A stretch of 64,000 nt of DNA from Felis catus. Lineage: Eukaryota. The stretch lies in NCBI RefSeq assembly GCF_018350175.1, contig NC_058368.1, positions 85,190,001 to 85,254,000 of the forward strand, given 5' to 3'. The notes beneath the pieces are model-generated. The model was given only the letters and a program-made list of their open reading frames with translations. It had not been told where the DNA came from and made no database searches. The translations under genes and the position numbers were made by a program. Positions 1 to 13,702 of the stretch are shown in pieces; within the stretch, counting starts at the first letter, position 1, and each line of letters begins with the position of its first letter.

Positions 1-1110
1 ATTTCTTGCATATAACTATCCATACTTTTATATATCTGCAGCATTGGTTTTAATATCACCTTTTTCATTTCTGATTTTGTTTATTTGCATATGATCACTT
101 TTTTATAGTCTAGCTAAAGTTTTGTCAATTTTATTTTTTTCTAGTGTTTTTCTAGTCTCCATTTACTTTATTTCTTTACTGCTCTCAACTATTTCCTTCC
201 TTGTAGTAACTTGGGTTTAATGTACTAATTTTCTATTTTCTTGAGTCATAAATTAGGTGGTTTATTTGAGACCTCTCTTAGTGGTGGTTGCACTAGTGTC
301 TGATGGATGGATGCCAGTGGCGCAGCCACAGAGCTGGCACTGGTACATGGGTGCTCACAGCGTGACAACAGCTCTAAAGTCTGGGGCACTGGCTAGCTTG
401 CAGGGGCATAGCTCCTGCTGCCTGAAACATGGACACATAAGGAAGGAAAAGCTGTGGAGCTGGAGTCTGGGTACATGGGGAGGTGTACAGAGCCAAAGTT
501 TGGCACTCAAGCATACATGGATGAGCTATGACTCCTGTTCAGGGGTCCACAGGGCAGGTAGGGATATTCATAGACTTGGTCCTATGGTAACACAACAGCA
601 GCTCCTTCTGAGATGATGGAGCAGAGCTGCACCTCACAGCCATGACTGATGGTTACTTCAGTGGTGAGAGATTTCAGTGTCCTCTGCAAAGGCAGGCAAC
701 TGGGGTCTGTGATGATGAACAATGCAGGGTCCCCATGCTGTGAAATTTGTGGAGAGTCTGTAGCTATTGTGAGATTGGTGGGGTCCACAACAGCCAAGAC
801 TGTTGGGCTCTTCAGCAGAGGAAGCCACTCAAGATGGCAATGGCACCTGTTGCATGACAGATACTAGTAGCTTGCCCCTGTGTCTGTGTAGCCTCTCCAC
901 ATATTTCCAGATCTCTTCACTCTGTCAGTGTCCTGAGTGGTCCTCTCTGTGTGGTGATTCTTCATATTGCCCTCCACTCTGTTGTTGTAGACTTTTAATT
1001 GTACTTTTAGCTTTGCAAGGGCTACTTTAATTTGTTTCTTTTATTTTTATTTATTAATATAAACTAATTGTGTGGGGGTGGTGTATAAAGCTGATGTGTC
1101 CTATTTTGCT
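1..1110 (-). mobile_element. Old LINE-1 fragments (ORF2-type sequence 1-~275 abutting a 5'-region-like segment)
   Basis: T-rich text such as 'tctagctaaagttttgtcaattttatt' and 'tttccttccttgtagtaacttggg' is typical of antisense L1 ORF2. The following GC-richer stretch resembles old L1 5' regions. Boundaries are approximate. Confidence 0.55.
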
Positions 1111-4100
1111 ATTTTGCTTTGAATTCTTGATCCCTGTGCTGAATATTAAGGCAGAAGAAAATAAGTTAAGAATTTAATTACCAAGTGTGTCATTTTCAGG
1201 GTAACTATGTTATTTCTTGTCTAAAGTGTGACACTGATGATGAGGCAAGAAAACATTATTAATAATTTTCTGGGATAATAGGCAGAACCCAAGAATTTCT
1301 GAGTCTGACAAATGAGGTTATGATATCCGACATAGAAGTTTAATGTACTTTATAGCAAGATAGTGATGCAAAATATATTTTACTTCTATTTGTGATGTTA
1401 GGTCACATAAAAAATAATCAGACAGAAATCATTCATTTAAAATTGTGCTTCATTGAAATATGTTTGATTTTTTAAAAGGTAACAAATAAATATTTTAATC
1501 AAGTTTTTATGTATTTTCTATATCAAGATAAATTACATTTAACCTACTTCATGTTCGCAATGCATTTTCAGCACTTCTGCCATATTATTCTCTTTTCCTT
1601 CCCCTTAATTTATTTTTTCTCATATTGTCTCATGTTAAAATGCTCATACTTGTTATCATGCTCTTCAATTGCAATAACACTCTTATTTAAACACTTATCT
1701 CTCAAAAAATCATTTTATTCCTTTCCATGTCTGGTGGCCTATTGTTCTTTAGAAGAGCCTTATCTTTGCTTATATTATTTTCCTGTCAATAGTAAATACA
1801 TTAGGCAACTGTGATATGTAAGATCCATTCCCAATACCATCTTTGTAAGTTACTTATCAACAAATAAATTAAAAAGTATGGAATAGACACATAGGATATA
1901 CTTTATAATATAGTGTCATTGGGAAAAGCAGATAATAAAATTGTATATAATTATTACTGTTAAAATTAAGATGCATGCATATAAAATGTTGATTATAATT
2001 ATAAATATGGATTTGTATTTTCAAGTTTTCAAGTTTGTATTTTCAACTTTTCTTCAAAGTTATATTTCAGACATCTTGTTGCTTTTTCAAATGAACTGTT
2101 TGAAGAGATTCATGACTTTCTGATCATGTGAGGTTAATGTGAAAACTGTGTGGGAATTCATAATAGCAACCATTATAGTAATATTTGATCACAATGCTGG
2201 ACACTGAGCATAACAGTAGTGAATGCTAGGTATAGTTTTTGTCCTAAAATGCATAGCATTCTGTTTAGATAGATAAAAGTAATTACTACAAACCTGAAAC
2301 CTGTGTGACAGCCCAGCTTAATGGTCACATGATGGGGTTCTGAAATCACAGCCATGGAGGTGAAATGGATTGGTAGACAGTGGAGTTCTAGCAAAATCCC
2401 TTTTAAGGAGACTGTAACAAGTTACACCTTGAGGAAGAGGAAGACATGGAACAAAGTTAGGAAACATGTTTTTTCCTATGGAGCCCTAAATTGGGAGAAT
2501 CTTCATAATTCATAACTTCCAAATATAACTTCTAAAAATGAGTTCTATTTTGGTTTTCACCAAGGGAAAGGATCGAAATAGAGAAAGCCACAACTATTCT
2601 CTTCTTCCTCAAAAGAAATTATAAAATACATTTTCTCACAGTAGTTTTGCCTGTGTATAATTTCTCAGCTCCTCCTGTACGTTATGTGATTCATTCTCTC
2701 AGATGTGCCTCATTGAGAATAAATTGTCAGGTCATAATGTCTGTTTATTTTATTAGCTTTTAGGATAAATTAAAAATCATATGAACCCAGTTTCTTATCT
2801 GTTCTTCAATGACTTGGTAGCCTCCAAATTCTCTATTCCTTTTGGAAAGGGCCTTCACTAGGCTTCAGTATACAGTGAGAAAGTTTCATTTAAAATACTC
2901 TTTTTGAAAAGTAATGATTCTTACAGATTTTGCTACCGTTCATGAATAACAGCCGATACTGTGTATTTCCCATATTCATTCATTCATTCATTCATTCAAA
3001 CATTAACAAAGTACCTCAACTACTTATTATATGCCACCATACTGTGTTCAAATACCCAGAGTGAATTAAGTATTTATTCTGAATAATTTCAACAAAAATT
3101 TATGAAAAGCATGAATATAGGTTAACTACACAGTGTGTATATGTATAATCTTCAGAGGACCCTAGGATGCATGTCATTTTAATTGCATTCAGAAAGAATA
3201 CAGCTAGCTGGACATCTATATTAGGCACTAAACACCAATTTCATTTCACCTAAATGAGAAAGGTTCAGAGACTCATTCGTGAATTTGCAAATCTAACAGT
3301 GTTGAAAGAGAATATTATTTTTAGATCATAGAAAACTATTCCTGCCAGAACAAGAATACAATATACATTTACCAATAATTTGAAATAAAATTTTAAAAAT
3401 GTAGAAATAAAATGGTGTGAGATCCAAAACAACACACAAGTAAGATTACCAAGAATACATAAGGGAATATTAGACAAATGAAAAAAATGTTCCTTTTTTA
3501 ATAAAATGGACTCATAAATATGAGACCTCCATCCATACATCCACACAAACTTATTTTGAGTATCTTATGGATCTTGCCCCTATCCAGGGCTCTTTTAGCA
3601 GTTAATTAATAGTTCCCATTTTTGACATAGACCTCACGTGAAATAATTAGAAGTTTGGGGAATAAATCTTTCATATTTATTAGACAGACACATTATGGTG
3701 AAATCATGTTTGCACTTAAATCATAGTCATCAACTGAAAAGTAATAAAAACAAATAATGGAGTACATATGCTCCTGATATCACAGGACAGAATATTTATA
3801 GATTTAAAAAAATTGCCTAAAACATTTTAGCCAAGTTTTCACAGAAAATAATTAGTTTTACTTGAAGTACATCATCCTTTTAGTCTTAAAACTTCTCCTG
3901 GGAACAAAAAGTTCTCTTTGTACATGGGAGTCTCAGAAGAATAGACTCATTAAAAAAGTTTCACAAACACAGAGAGAATGAAAACATGACTCCTTCCCAC
4001 CCAGTCAAGCTCCCTGTGGGCACATAGGCTGAGGAGCTGCTTTTAAAACTATGTTAGCCTCCAAAACTATGCATCTGGAATGCATGGTGCTGTGGAATTG

Positions 4101-5512
4101 TCCTGTGATACTTTGTCATCACAAGGAGTTGGGACTGAACAGTTTTTATGGAAATCTGTGTTTCCTGGGCCCAAGAGTTCAGTTTCAAAAGGAAAACCAG
4201 TGGTACAAAGATAGAAATTTCTTCTGCCTTTTCTTCATCAAAGCCATTTTTATTGGACAGGGGGCACTTCTTGTAAGAAAGACTATGGGGTAATAGAGGA
4301 GGTTTACTGTGTTTGGAAAGAAGATGAGGGACTTAACAAAGGTATTCCCTGTGTAAAATCATTTCTAGTAAGAAGAACAAGTGCACCCACATCAACTGTT
4401 TTACATTTGTGTGAAAGTGAGATGCTAGGGAAGTTAGAAGAATATTGTATGATTAGAAGTAAACTTGACATTTTGCTTTCAGAAAGTCAAAACTAATTTA
4501 TTTTAATAAGAAATAAACTTCCATGCTCTCACACATCTTTTGTTGGGATGTCAAAAATTTCTCCATTTCTGTAATATCTACTTTTCCCCTTTTCTTTTCT
4601 TAATGTCAGCCCAAACATTCAATGTCTAGATTTGCTTCAAGGCAAATTTCATCAAATAGTTCTTCAAACTTAGGTAACAAGTGGATTTCTTACCCATTGT
4701 GAGAGAGCTTTTCTTTCATTCTATCCCTCCCTCCCTCCATCTCATCTCTGCTTCTGATATTCATGCCTGTTGCCTGAAGTTAGATTATCAAGAACACTGC
4801 CTCACTTGCTGCTATCACTAAAAATATTAAACGTATGTTTGTTAGCCTGGGGCTCTGTCTAGTTTACATTTCCTTCTAATCCTCTGATGTTTTATGTCTC
4901 CTGAGTATGGGTGGTTAAAAAGAATTTGAGATTATGGATTACGGATAGAATATGCCCCATATGAATATCATTTGTGACAGTTAACTTTCTTCCCTTATAG
5001 CTATTTTACAGAATTAAATAAAAATAATTATATGAATCTCTATTAAATTTGACATATTATTTGATGTTTTGCTCTGTCTAAATAATGGTATACTAGCTAA
5101 CACAGTGAAATTATATTTATTGCTTTGCTAAAAATGAGACTCTTTAAAAATAGACATTATATTTTAAATATTATATTTGAAATATTTTGGCCATTTCTAA
5201 AATAAAATCCAATCCAATATTTTGGCTGTAATTCAGCCTTCCTTATAAAAAATTTTGCAATATTGATTCCACATAGGGGATTTGGCCTGAGATTCCATTA
5301 ATAATATTGTTTATATTTCCTATAACATATTTCTAAATAGTTAATTTACTCATGTACAATTAATTACTTCATTCATTCTGAAATACATAGAACATATTAT
5401 GTCAAATTCGCTTACTATCATATTTTTATTTCTGCTTATATTTCTAAAAGTTGCCTGCCAGAAATTTGATGTGATCTCTCATGTCATATAGTTTTATGAC
5501 ATTTTAAACTGA

Positions 5513-5739
5513 TTTTTTTTTTGTAAATTTTTTTTTCAACGTTTATTTATTTTTGGGACAGAGAGAGACAGAGCATGAACGGGGGAGGGGCGGAGAGAGA
5601 GGGAGACACAGAATCGGAAACAGGCTCCAGGCTCTGAGCCATCAGCCCAGAGCCTGACGCGGGGCTCGAACTCACGGACCGCGAGATCGTGACCTGGCTG
5701 AAGTCGGATGCTTAACCGACTGTGCCACCCAGGCACCCC
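5513..5739 (-). mobile_element. Carnivore tRNA-derived SINE (SINEC_Fc type, young)
   Basis: Reverse-complement head 'tgccacccaggcacccc', (GA)n tract and T-tail. Flanked by TSD 'ttaaactga' at 5504 and 5740. Confidence 0.95.
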
Positions 5740-7153
5740 TTAAACTGACTTTTGACTAATTTTGTAATCCTTCTATTGATAAGATTTTCCACCATTAATA
5801 TTAATGATTTTCTGCCATTAATATTAAAACAAATATTTCAATTGCTTACATATGTTTCTTAAAATATTTATACCATTTCCTAAAATATTTATACCAGTGC
5901 TTAAATTTTTTATATCCTGAGCCATTTTATGTTTTCTGTGTTTATGGAAAATTGTATTGGTTTTACATTCCAGTCCTAGATGTATAACAGTACCAATTAT
6001 ATATTAATGTTTATTAGTGCCATTCTTATTATTACAGATTTATGACTTTTGTTTACACAATTTTTGTTTTTTTTGTTTTTTGTTTTTTGCTGTGTTTGCA
6101 TTGTTATTGAACATGTAGATTATGTTTATCTTTATCCCTTTTTTGTGGAGGAAATCACTTTTTATACCTCTGATTTTTGCAAGGTATATTATCTTGAAGA
6201 ATATATTTTCTCTCTATAATTGTATTATGGTGCTTATTTTTTATAAGATAATTTCTCAGACAGGAGGATTCTTTATATACTTTTTCTGCCAAGTCACAGT
6301 ATGTCTTTTCTGTAACTAATTCAGACACAAACCTTTAATCATTTTCTTGTTCGCTAATATAACATTTCAAAAACATAATTGAAAAAAATCAACACTTTTG
6401 AAAATAATAACACATACTTGTATAATTTTCAGAAGCAAAGGTTCAAGAAAAGATTCACCTTAATGGAATTCAGTACAATGTAATGAAAACTAAGGCTAGA
6501 AAGGAAGGGCAAGTTGAAATCTATAGAGATAACTGGGATTTAAATAAAAATTTAAAAAGGAATTTAATTTGAAAAACAGAATAAGCTGATTCTTTTTTTT
6601 TTCTTCCTTACTGGCCATTGGAGCACTGGAATCTCAGGTGAGAAAATGTGGCTGCAAGATGTGCCCACTATCCATGTGGCTCTTGAAACCTAGATGCACC
6701 ATTGGCTTGAAGCTGGAGTCTGTACTCTCTATGTGCCCTTGTAATATCGGGACAGCCCAATCCTCAGGAGACAAACACTGGAAGTAAATTGCTTCTATAA
6801 TTACAGGTACCAACTAATCTTTCATTTGTGTATTTTATCAGAACACTTACTGGACAAAGTTCTTACTGATAAAATATATAGTTGTAATTATATATTTAGC
6901 ACACCCCACCAAAGTGTTACAGGATATAGAAAGGAAAGATGGAGTTATCAAAATTGATTTTCATAGCTCTTCAGCTGTATTTTTGTAGGATATGGTGTAC
7001 CCAATCATAATATCAATTGTCTTTCTCAATTTTGCTAGAAAAAGTAGCTAAAATTTTATTTTAAATTTCTCCTTGATTTCTTAATTTGATGAATGATTCA
7101 CCATTCTTTTTCCTATGCTATAACTCTCTTTACAGTAAAAAAGAGACATAAAT

Positions 7154-8110
7154 ATGGAAAGAAGGAATTGGACATTGGTGACTGAGATTATTCTTGTGGG
7201 GATACCAACCACCAGAGCTCTTGGGGGTCTCCTGTTCTTTATTTTTTCATTGGCTTACTTGGTGACAGTCCTTGGAAACAGCCTAATCATTATGCTGATT
7301 CTCATGGATTATAGGCTTCACTCACCCATGTATTTCTTCCTCAGCAATCTCTCCTTCAGTGAAGTATTAACCACAACCTGTGCTGTTCCCAAGATGCTGG
7401 CAGGCTTCCTGTCAGACAGAAAGAACATATCCTTTGGTGGATGCTTCACCCAGTCTTATTTCTACTTCCTCTCTGGATGTACTGAGTTTATCCTTTTTGC
7501 AGTCATGTCCTATGATCGCTATGTGGCCTTTTGCAGCCCCCTTCAGTACCCAACAATTATGACCAGCTCACTGTGTGTGTGTCTTGTTATCCTCTCCTGG
7601 GTGGGTGGTTTTCTCCTCATTCTCCCGTCCACTGTCCTTAAGGTGGGGCTGCCATACTGTGGCCCCAATGTGATTGATCACTTTTTCTGTGACAGTGCCC
7701 CCCTCCTCCACTTGGCCTGTGCTGACATCCACATCATTGAGCTGTTAGACTTCCTCAGCTCCCTTGTCCTGCTCATCAGCTCCCTCTCACTCACTGTGGT
7801 CTCCTATGTTTATGTCATCTCCACCATTCTGAAGATACCCTCAGGTCAAGGTCAACGCAAAGCCTTTGCTACGTGTGCCTCTCACTTCATTGTGGTCTCC
7901 ATGGGCTATGGGATCTCCATTTTTGTGTATGTCCACCTCTCCCAGAAGAGCAGCTTACATCTCAACAAGATCCTCTTTATCCTCTCTAGTGTTCTCACAC
8001 CCCTCCTGAATCCCTTCATCTTCGGTCTACGGAATGAAACCATGAAAGATGCTCTGAAGGACAGCTTGGCCAAGGGCTGGAACTTCCTCAAGGGGATGAG
8101 GTCCAAGTGA
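7154..8110 (+). CDS. Olfactory receptor, class II, OR6 family-like (intact, 318 aa)
   Basis: Single-exon ORF with an N-glycosylation site (NWT) and OR motifs LHSPMYFFLSNLS, MSYDRYVAFC, IDHFFCD, KAFATCASH and PLLNPFIFGLRN. A polypyrimidine tract and AG acceptor at 7134-7135 just upstream imply a non-coding 5' exon. Confidence 0.97.
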   Translation: MERRNWTLVTEIILVGIPTTRALGGLLFFIFSLAYLVTVLGNSLIIMLILMDYRLHSPMYFFLSNLSFSEVLTTTCAVPKMLAGFLSDRKNISFGGCFTQSYFYFLSGCTEFILFAVMSYDRYVAFCSPLQYPTIMTSSLCVCLVILSWVGGFLLILPSTVLKVGLPYCGPNVIDHFFCDSAPLLHLACADIHIIELLDFLSSLVLLISSLSLTVVSYVYVISTILKIPSGQGQRKAFATCASHFIVVSMGYGISIFVYVHLSQKSSLHLNKILFILSSVLTPLLNPFIFGLRNETMKDALKDSLAKGWNFLKGMRSK

Positions 8111-8666
8111 CATGATCCATGAGAGTCAGTTTAATTCTGGGATCCTCAGCTTCATCCATGATTCCAGCAAAGCCCCATGATGTACGTAAATTAACAAATA
8201 ATGTGTGCTATGAAAGTATTTTAACTTGATAACCAAATATACAGGTTTCATGTGTATGTTAGATTTTGAAGATTTTGTTACAATAATTAATATTTTCATT
8301 TATAAGTGCTAATAGAAGGTAGTGATGGGTAGGAGTAATAGAGGTAGTAGTATATTTACTATTTACTAAAAATCCAATTTCAGATATCACTTGGTTAAAA
8401 ATACATATATCATCTATATGTGTGTATTTCAGTTCATTTGTTTGGATTGTGTAAAATAAAAAAAATTAGAACACTCTTGCACTCCACAAACACACAAAAA
8501 GACAGAAATTCCACTTTGGAATAGAATTTGAAATATTTTAATATAAGCTTAAACTTCATCTTTCTTTGCAAAAACATAGGCACCATTACTTTTTCTTTAT
8601 TCTTCATTTTAGTAAAATTGTATTTATATCATTGCTATTTAAAGCTTCTAAATGAAGCACTTAAAG

Positions 8667-8743
8667 ATATATATATATATATAATATAATATATATATAT
8701 TTATATATAATATAATATAATATAATATAATATAATATATATA
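8667..8743. repeat. (TA)n/(TAATA)n AT microsatellite
   Basis: Read directly from the sequence. Confidence 0.9.
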
Positions 8744-8984
8744 TGTTTTTTAAGTTAAGTGTTCTATAATTTAGTCTTACTCTTATTCAGGAATACCTAA
8801 ATCGTTTATAAAGACACATGGACTGCAACAATATATGATAATTGAAGAACAAATTAAGAAAAAGAAGCAAATTTCAGGTATGGATTTGACAAGGACAAAG
8901 AGGACAATATATTTCTCAAACCAGGAAATAATAATTTGGTGACTGGTAATACTAGAAATTCTGCTTTAGAAAAAATTGAGTTTA

Positions 8985-9230
8985 GGGGCGCCTGGGTGGC
9001 GCAGTCGGTTAAGCGTCCGACTTCAGCCAGGTCACGATCTCGCAGTCTGTGAGTTCGAGCCCCGCGTCAGGCTCTGGGCTGATGGCTCAGAGCCTGGAGC
9101 CTGCTTCTGATTCTGTGTCTCCCTCTCTCTCTGCCCCTCCCCCGTTCATGCTCTCTCTCTCTCTCTCTGTCCCAAAAATAAATAAAAGTTGAAAAAAAAA
9201 TTTAAAAAAAAAGAAAAAAAAAAGAAAAAA
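8985..9230 (+). mobile_element. SINEC_Fc-type SINE (young)
   Basis: Head 'ggggcgcctgggtggcgcagtcggttaagcgtccgact', CT tract and long A tail. Perfect 17-bp TSD 'agaaaaaattgagttta' at 8968-8984 and 9231-9247. Confidence 0.97.
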
Positions 9231-9249
9231 AGAAAAAATTGAGTTTATA

Positions 9250-10610
9250 CAATATCCAGGAAGTTTTCTATACTTCTAGACTGCTGACTAGAGATAGCAA
9301 AGAAATGGAAATTGAACATTAAGGTGGATTCATATGAATTTTCTAAACTGAGAAAGAGATGGAGACCAATGAGAGAAAGATGAGTAGCCCCAAAGGGAGA
9401 CTTGTCACAATATGACATTCTTTACTCTACGAATATTTATATTCCCCAAGTGGAAACATGTTGTGAGAAAAAAATATGAAGAAAATAGTGATTAAGTTAA
9501 TTCACAGTTCAGATTTTTAAAGTGATAGATTTCCAGAAAAACAAACAAACAAAAAGTTAGCAAATCTCACTGAAATCATAACAAAGTTAATAGCATCTAG
9601 GCATATGCTAGTCAAGTTGCTATAAGCCTGCCTTAAAGATAAAATTTGCAAGTAACCACAGTAAGAAAGGGCACAATGAATACTGAGAGAAATGGCTAAA
9701 TTGAGTTTCCGTGAAAAACTGGCTGGCAGATAGCAAGAGAAAAATACACTTTATGGGGTGAAAAAATAAAAAAAATAAACAAGACAAACTCAGGAATCCA
9801 AACATCCGTATTCTTCAAAATTATGATAAAATAAGATTTCCCTGATTAAAATAAAACAAAGCAGAAATAATTTGTCACCAGTATATGTAGATGAAAGGAA
9901 ATATTAAAGGATATCTTCAAAATGATGGGAAATTATTCCAAAAGGAAACATGGATTAATTAACTTGAGCAAAAAGCATCAGAAATGAAAGATTTTAGTTC
10001 CATTTTATCATGTCATCTAAAAAACAAGAAAGTAAGCATACACAAAAATACCATAAAAGTCTCTAATGTGCAATAACAGAATTAATATACATGATAAAAG
10101 TTGAATGATGATTATTATATTTGTAAAATAAACAATAGAAACAGAAAGTATCAGCAGGTTCAGGAAGTGAACACTTGAAATCTCATGTCTGTTTCAGAGG
10201 GAAGAAGAGGCAAGTAGGAAGTATGGATGTACAATGACAGTATGTGGAAGAAAGAAAAGGGAACACTAAAATAATGTGCCATCAACCAGAAGAAGAAGAA
10301 GGAGAAGAAGAAGAAGAAAGAAAGAAAAGAAAAGAAAAGAAAAGAAAAGAAAAGAAAAAGAAAGGAAACAAGAGGGCAGGAAAAGGATAAACTGAGGAAC
10401 AACACCAGTAGCAATCAGGATGAAGGGACAATAAGTTTTCAGGTATATTTAAAATCTGAATCAGAAATTTAATTAAATAAGAATAGACTTAAAGCCCCAA
10501 CACCAAATAATGGCAGAAATTGTCAGACTGGATAAAGAAGAATTTGAATTACACTGTCTATAAATGATGTGTTGTAAAGAGAGATACACATAAAAAAAAT
10601 AAAGGATAGA
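9250..10610 (+). mobile_element. Old, degenerate L1 ORF1/early ORF2 region (host of the L1 at 10613); contains (GAA)n/(GAAAA)n at ~10289-10365
   Basis: A-rich degenerate L1-like text that resumes after ~13720 with endonuclease-like sequence. Confidence 0.5.
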
Positions 10611-10612
10611 AA

Positions 10613-13600
10613 GGAGGTGCCAAGATGGCAGGGCAGCATGGAAGTTCTCTGTTTCTCTCAACCAAGAAATACAGCTAGATCAGCACCAAATCATTTTGCA
10701 TACATAGAAAATTGATCTGAGAATTAACACAATGATCTGCATAATTTGAGACCCAGAACTTGGCAGGTATGTGGCACAGGTGAACTGGGGGAGAGATAAG
10801 ACACAGAAAGTAGGGAGCTCTTTTTGTGGAGAGTAGACAGAGAAAGGAGGGGGAGGAGTACAGGAAAAAGACTCCCCCAAAAGTGGCTGCAGAGAAAGAG
10901 AAAGAGTGGAAAGACCCACAAGTGACTGAACAAGAGAGGGAGAAAGGAGAGGGTTTCAATACCAGTAAGAATCTATGAACAGCGGAGAGCAGAGTTGGAA
11001 ATTCTGCAGCTCAGTGCCTGGTGGTGCTCTGGTTGGGAGGAAGGGAGGATCCCCCGGAAGTAGGTAGCAAGGTCCAAGAGGTCTGCTAGCCACAAGGGGA
11101 GAAGTGGCTCCTGTGCTAGGAGGGAATTTGGTAGAATTTGCCTCCCCAGAGGCAAAGATCCTAGCAGACCCCAGAGAACAGTCATGTTTGCTGGTATTGG
11201 GACAAAGATGCCAGAGTGTGGTCAAACCTGGTACCAGCTGTGTGTTGCGATTTACCATAACCCCTGAACCTCTGTTGCTGTGCAACTGTAAAAAAATTTT
11301 CTGGGGCAAGCCAACACGTGGCTACAATCTCTGAGGCTCTGCAGCAGCATGATCACACAAACATTCCCCCGAGGGCAAGCCAATACCTAGCATTGCTCTG
11401 CAAGACCCTCCCCCAGAGGGTCCCAGCCACAGGGTGTCAGAAATGAGGGGGTTGGAAACACAGCCCCATCTAAGATAAATGTCGGGAGGGAGGTACTGCC
11501 TGGCAGGCTGATGGCTTGGATATGGACAGGGATAGTGTAAAAGCAGGGAGTGGACAGAAGCTGGAGACAATGAAGGGGTGCTTGATTGTCAGTAGGTGAG
11601 ATTGCAATGTTCCTGTGCCAGAGATGGGGAAAGCTGTGTGCCACCGCTTTCACCTCTCCCATGCACGCACATAGATGGACCTGCACATTCACAAAACGCA
11701 GATCCACCTCCATTAACTAAGCAGCAAGTGAAGTGAAGAACGGAACCATTACACAAAGCCCCTTCCAACTGCATCAACCAAGCCTTAGAGGACCACCACA
11801 AGTCTTTCCACCTGCATAGTGTATGGACAATAAAATGCTTCATAGTTTGACTTCTAGGGGAAATGGATGGAATTTCATTCGAATTTCATTCTGTTTGCTG
11901 GCCCATCTATTCGTTTCTTTTTGTTTTTCTTTTCTCTTATTTTTGGATACAAAAAGAGAAAAAATATTTTTAATTTTCGTTTTCATAAAAATATTTTTAT
12001 TTTTTTCTATATTTTTTGTAATTTTTAAAATTTTATTTTACTTTCTTCATCTCATTTTATTCTATTTTACTGAATAAATCTTTGTAAATTTTGTAAATGT
12101 TTTCTTACTTTTTTTTTCTTTTCTTTTCTCTCCCTTCTCTATCAAGCTTCTTTCAACAAACAGACCAAAACACACTTAGGATCTAGCTTCTTTTATGTGA
12201 CTTTTTTGTTTTTCAAATTTTTAATTTTTTAAAAATTTTATAAGTTCATTTTCTTCTATTAAAATGACAAAATGAAGGAATTCACCCAAAAGAAAGAACA
12301 GGAATAAATGAAAGCCAGGGACTTAATCAAAATGCCAGAATTAGAATTTATAACCAGGATAATAAGAATACTAGTCTGGGTTGAATAAAGTAGAGAAATG
12401 CTTTCTGCGGAGATAAAAAAGAGTAAAATCTAGTCAGGATGAAAATAAAAATGCTGTAACTGAATTGCTGTCTTGATGATTACCATGGTGGCAAGGGTGG
12501 ATGAAGCAGAGCAATGAATCAGTGATATAGAACACAATATTATGGAAAATAATGAAGCAGAAAAACAAGAGGGAAACTGAGGCAAAAGAGCACAATATAA
12601 GAATTGGATAACTCAGAATAAAAAGTACATGAAAGCCAATTAAAATCATAACACCATAGCCCAAAATCTCTGGGATGCAGCAAAGGCAGTCGTAAGAGGG
12701 ATGTTTATAGCAATTCAGGCCTTCCTAAAGAAGGAAGAAAGGTCTCAGATAAACAAAGTAACCTACACCTTAAAGAGCTGGAAAAAGTATAGCAAATAAA
12801 ACCCTAAACCAGCAGAAGATGGGAAACAATAAAGATTTGAGCAGAAATTAATGTTATTGATATAATTAAAAAACAAACAAACAAACAAACAAAAACAGAA
12901 TACAGTAATGGGACCAGAAGCTGGTTCTTTGAATAAATTAGCAAAATTGATAAACCCCCAGCAAGCCAGTTTGATCAAAAACAAAAGGACCCAAATAAAT
13001 GAAATCAAGAATGAAAGAGGAGAGATCACAACCAACACTGCAGAAATGTGAACAATAATAAGAAAATATTATGCACAATTATATGCCAATAAACTGGTCA
13101 ATCTGGAAGAAACAGACAAATTCCTAGAAACATAAACTACCAAAACTGAAATAGGAAGAAATAGAATATTTGAACTGACACATAACCAGTGAAGAAACTG
13201 AATTAGTAATCAAAAATCACCCAAAACAAGAGTCTAGGGCCAGATGGCTGTCCAGGAGAATTTTTTATTGAATGAATTTTCATTCAAAAGGAATGAAGTT
13301 TTGTCATTTGCAACAATGTGGATGGAACTAAAGTCTATTATGCTAAGCAAAGTTAGTGAGTCAGAGAAAGACAAATATCATACGACTTCATTCATATGTG
13401 GAACTTAAAAAACAAAACAGATGAATATAGGGGAAGGGAAGCAAAAATAATATAACAGGGAGGGGGACAAATATAATAGACTCTTAAATATAGAGAATAA
13501 ACTGAGGGTTGCTGGAGGGGTCGTGGGTGGGAAGATGGGCTAAATGGACCAGGGATATTAAGGAAGACACTTGTTGGGATGAGCACTGGGTGTTATATGT

Positions 13601-13702
13601 AGGGGATGAATCACTGGATTCTACTCCTGCAATCAGTATTGCACTGTATGCTAAAAACTTGTATTTAGGTAAAAATAATAGATCAGTAATAAAATATACC
13701 TT
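10613..13702 (+). mobile_element. Carnivore L1 with both ends retained but two large internal deletions
   Basis: 5' end 'ggaggtgccaagatggc', 5'UTR, ORF1 start (~12263-12615), mid-ORF2 piece (~12620-13260) and 3' end (~13290-13680). Degenerate TSD 'aaaaaataaaggatagaa' (10594) / 'aaaaaagtaaagcatagaa' (13703). Confidence 0.85.

Noticed and set aside
257..1030. Cluster of overlapping 70-120 aa ORFs
   Set aside because: No recognisable domain or splice structure; they lie in probable old L1-derived sequence.
5536..5736. Recurrent similar small ORFs (MPGWHSRL..., MAQSVEHL..., MISVQIMISW...) across the window
   Set aside because: All are carnivore SINE translations, not a gene family.
8985..9070. 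tRNA-like A/B box sequence
   Set aside because: It is the tRNA-derived head of a SINE, not a tRNA gene.
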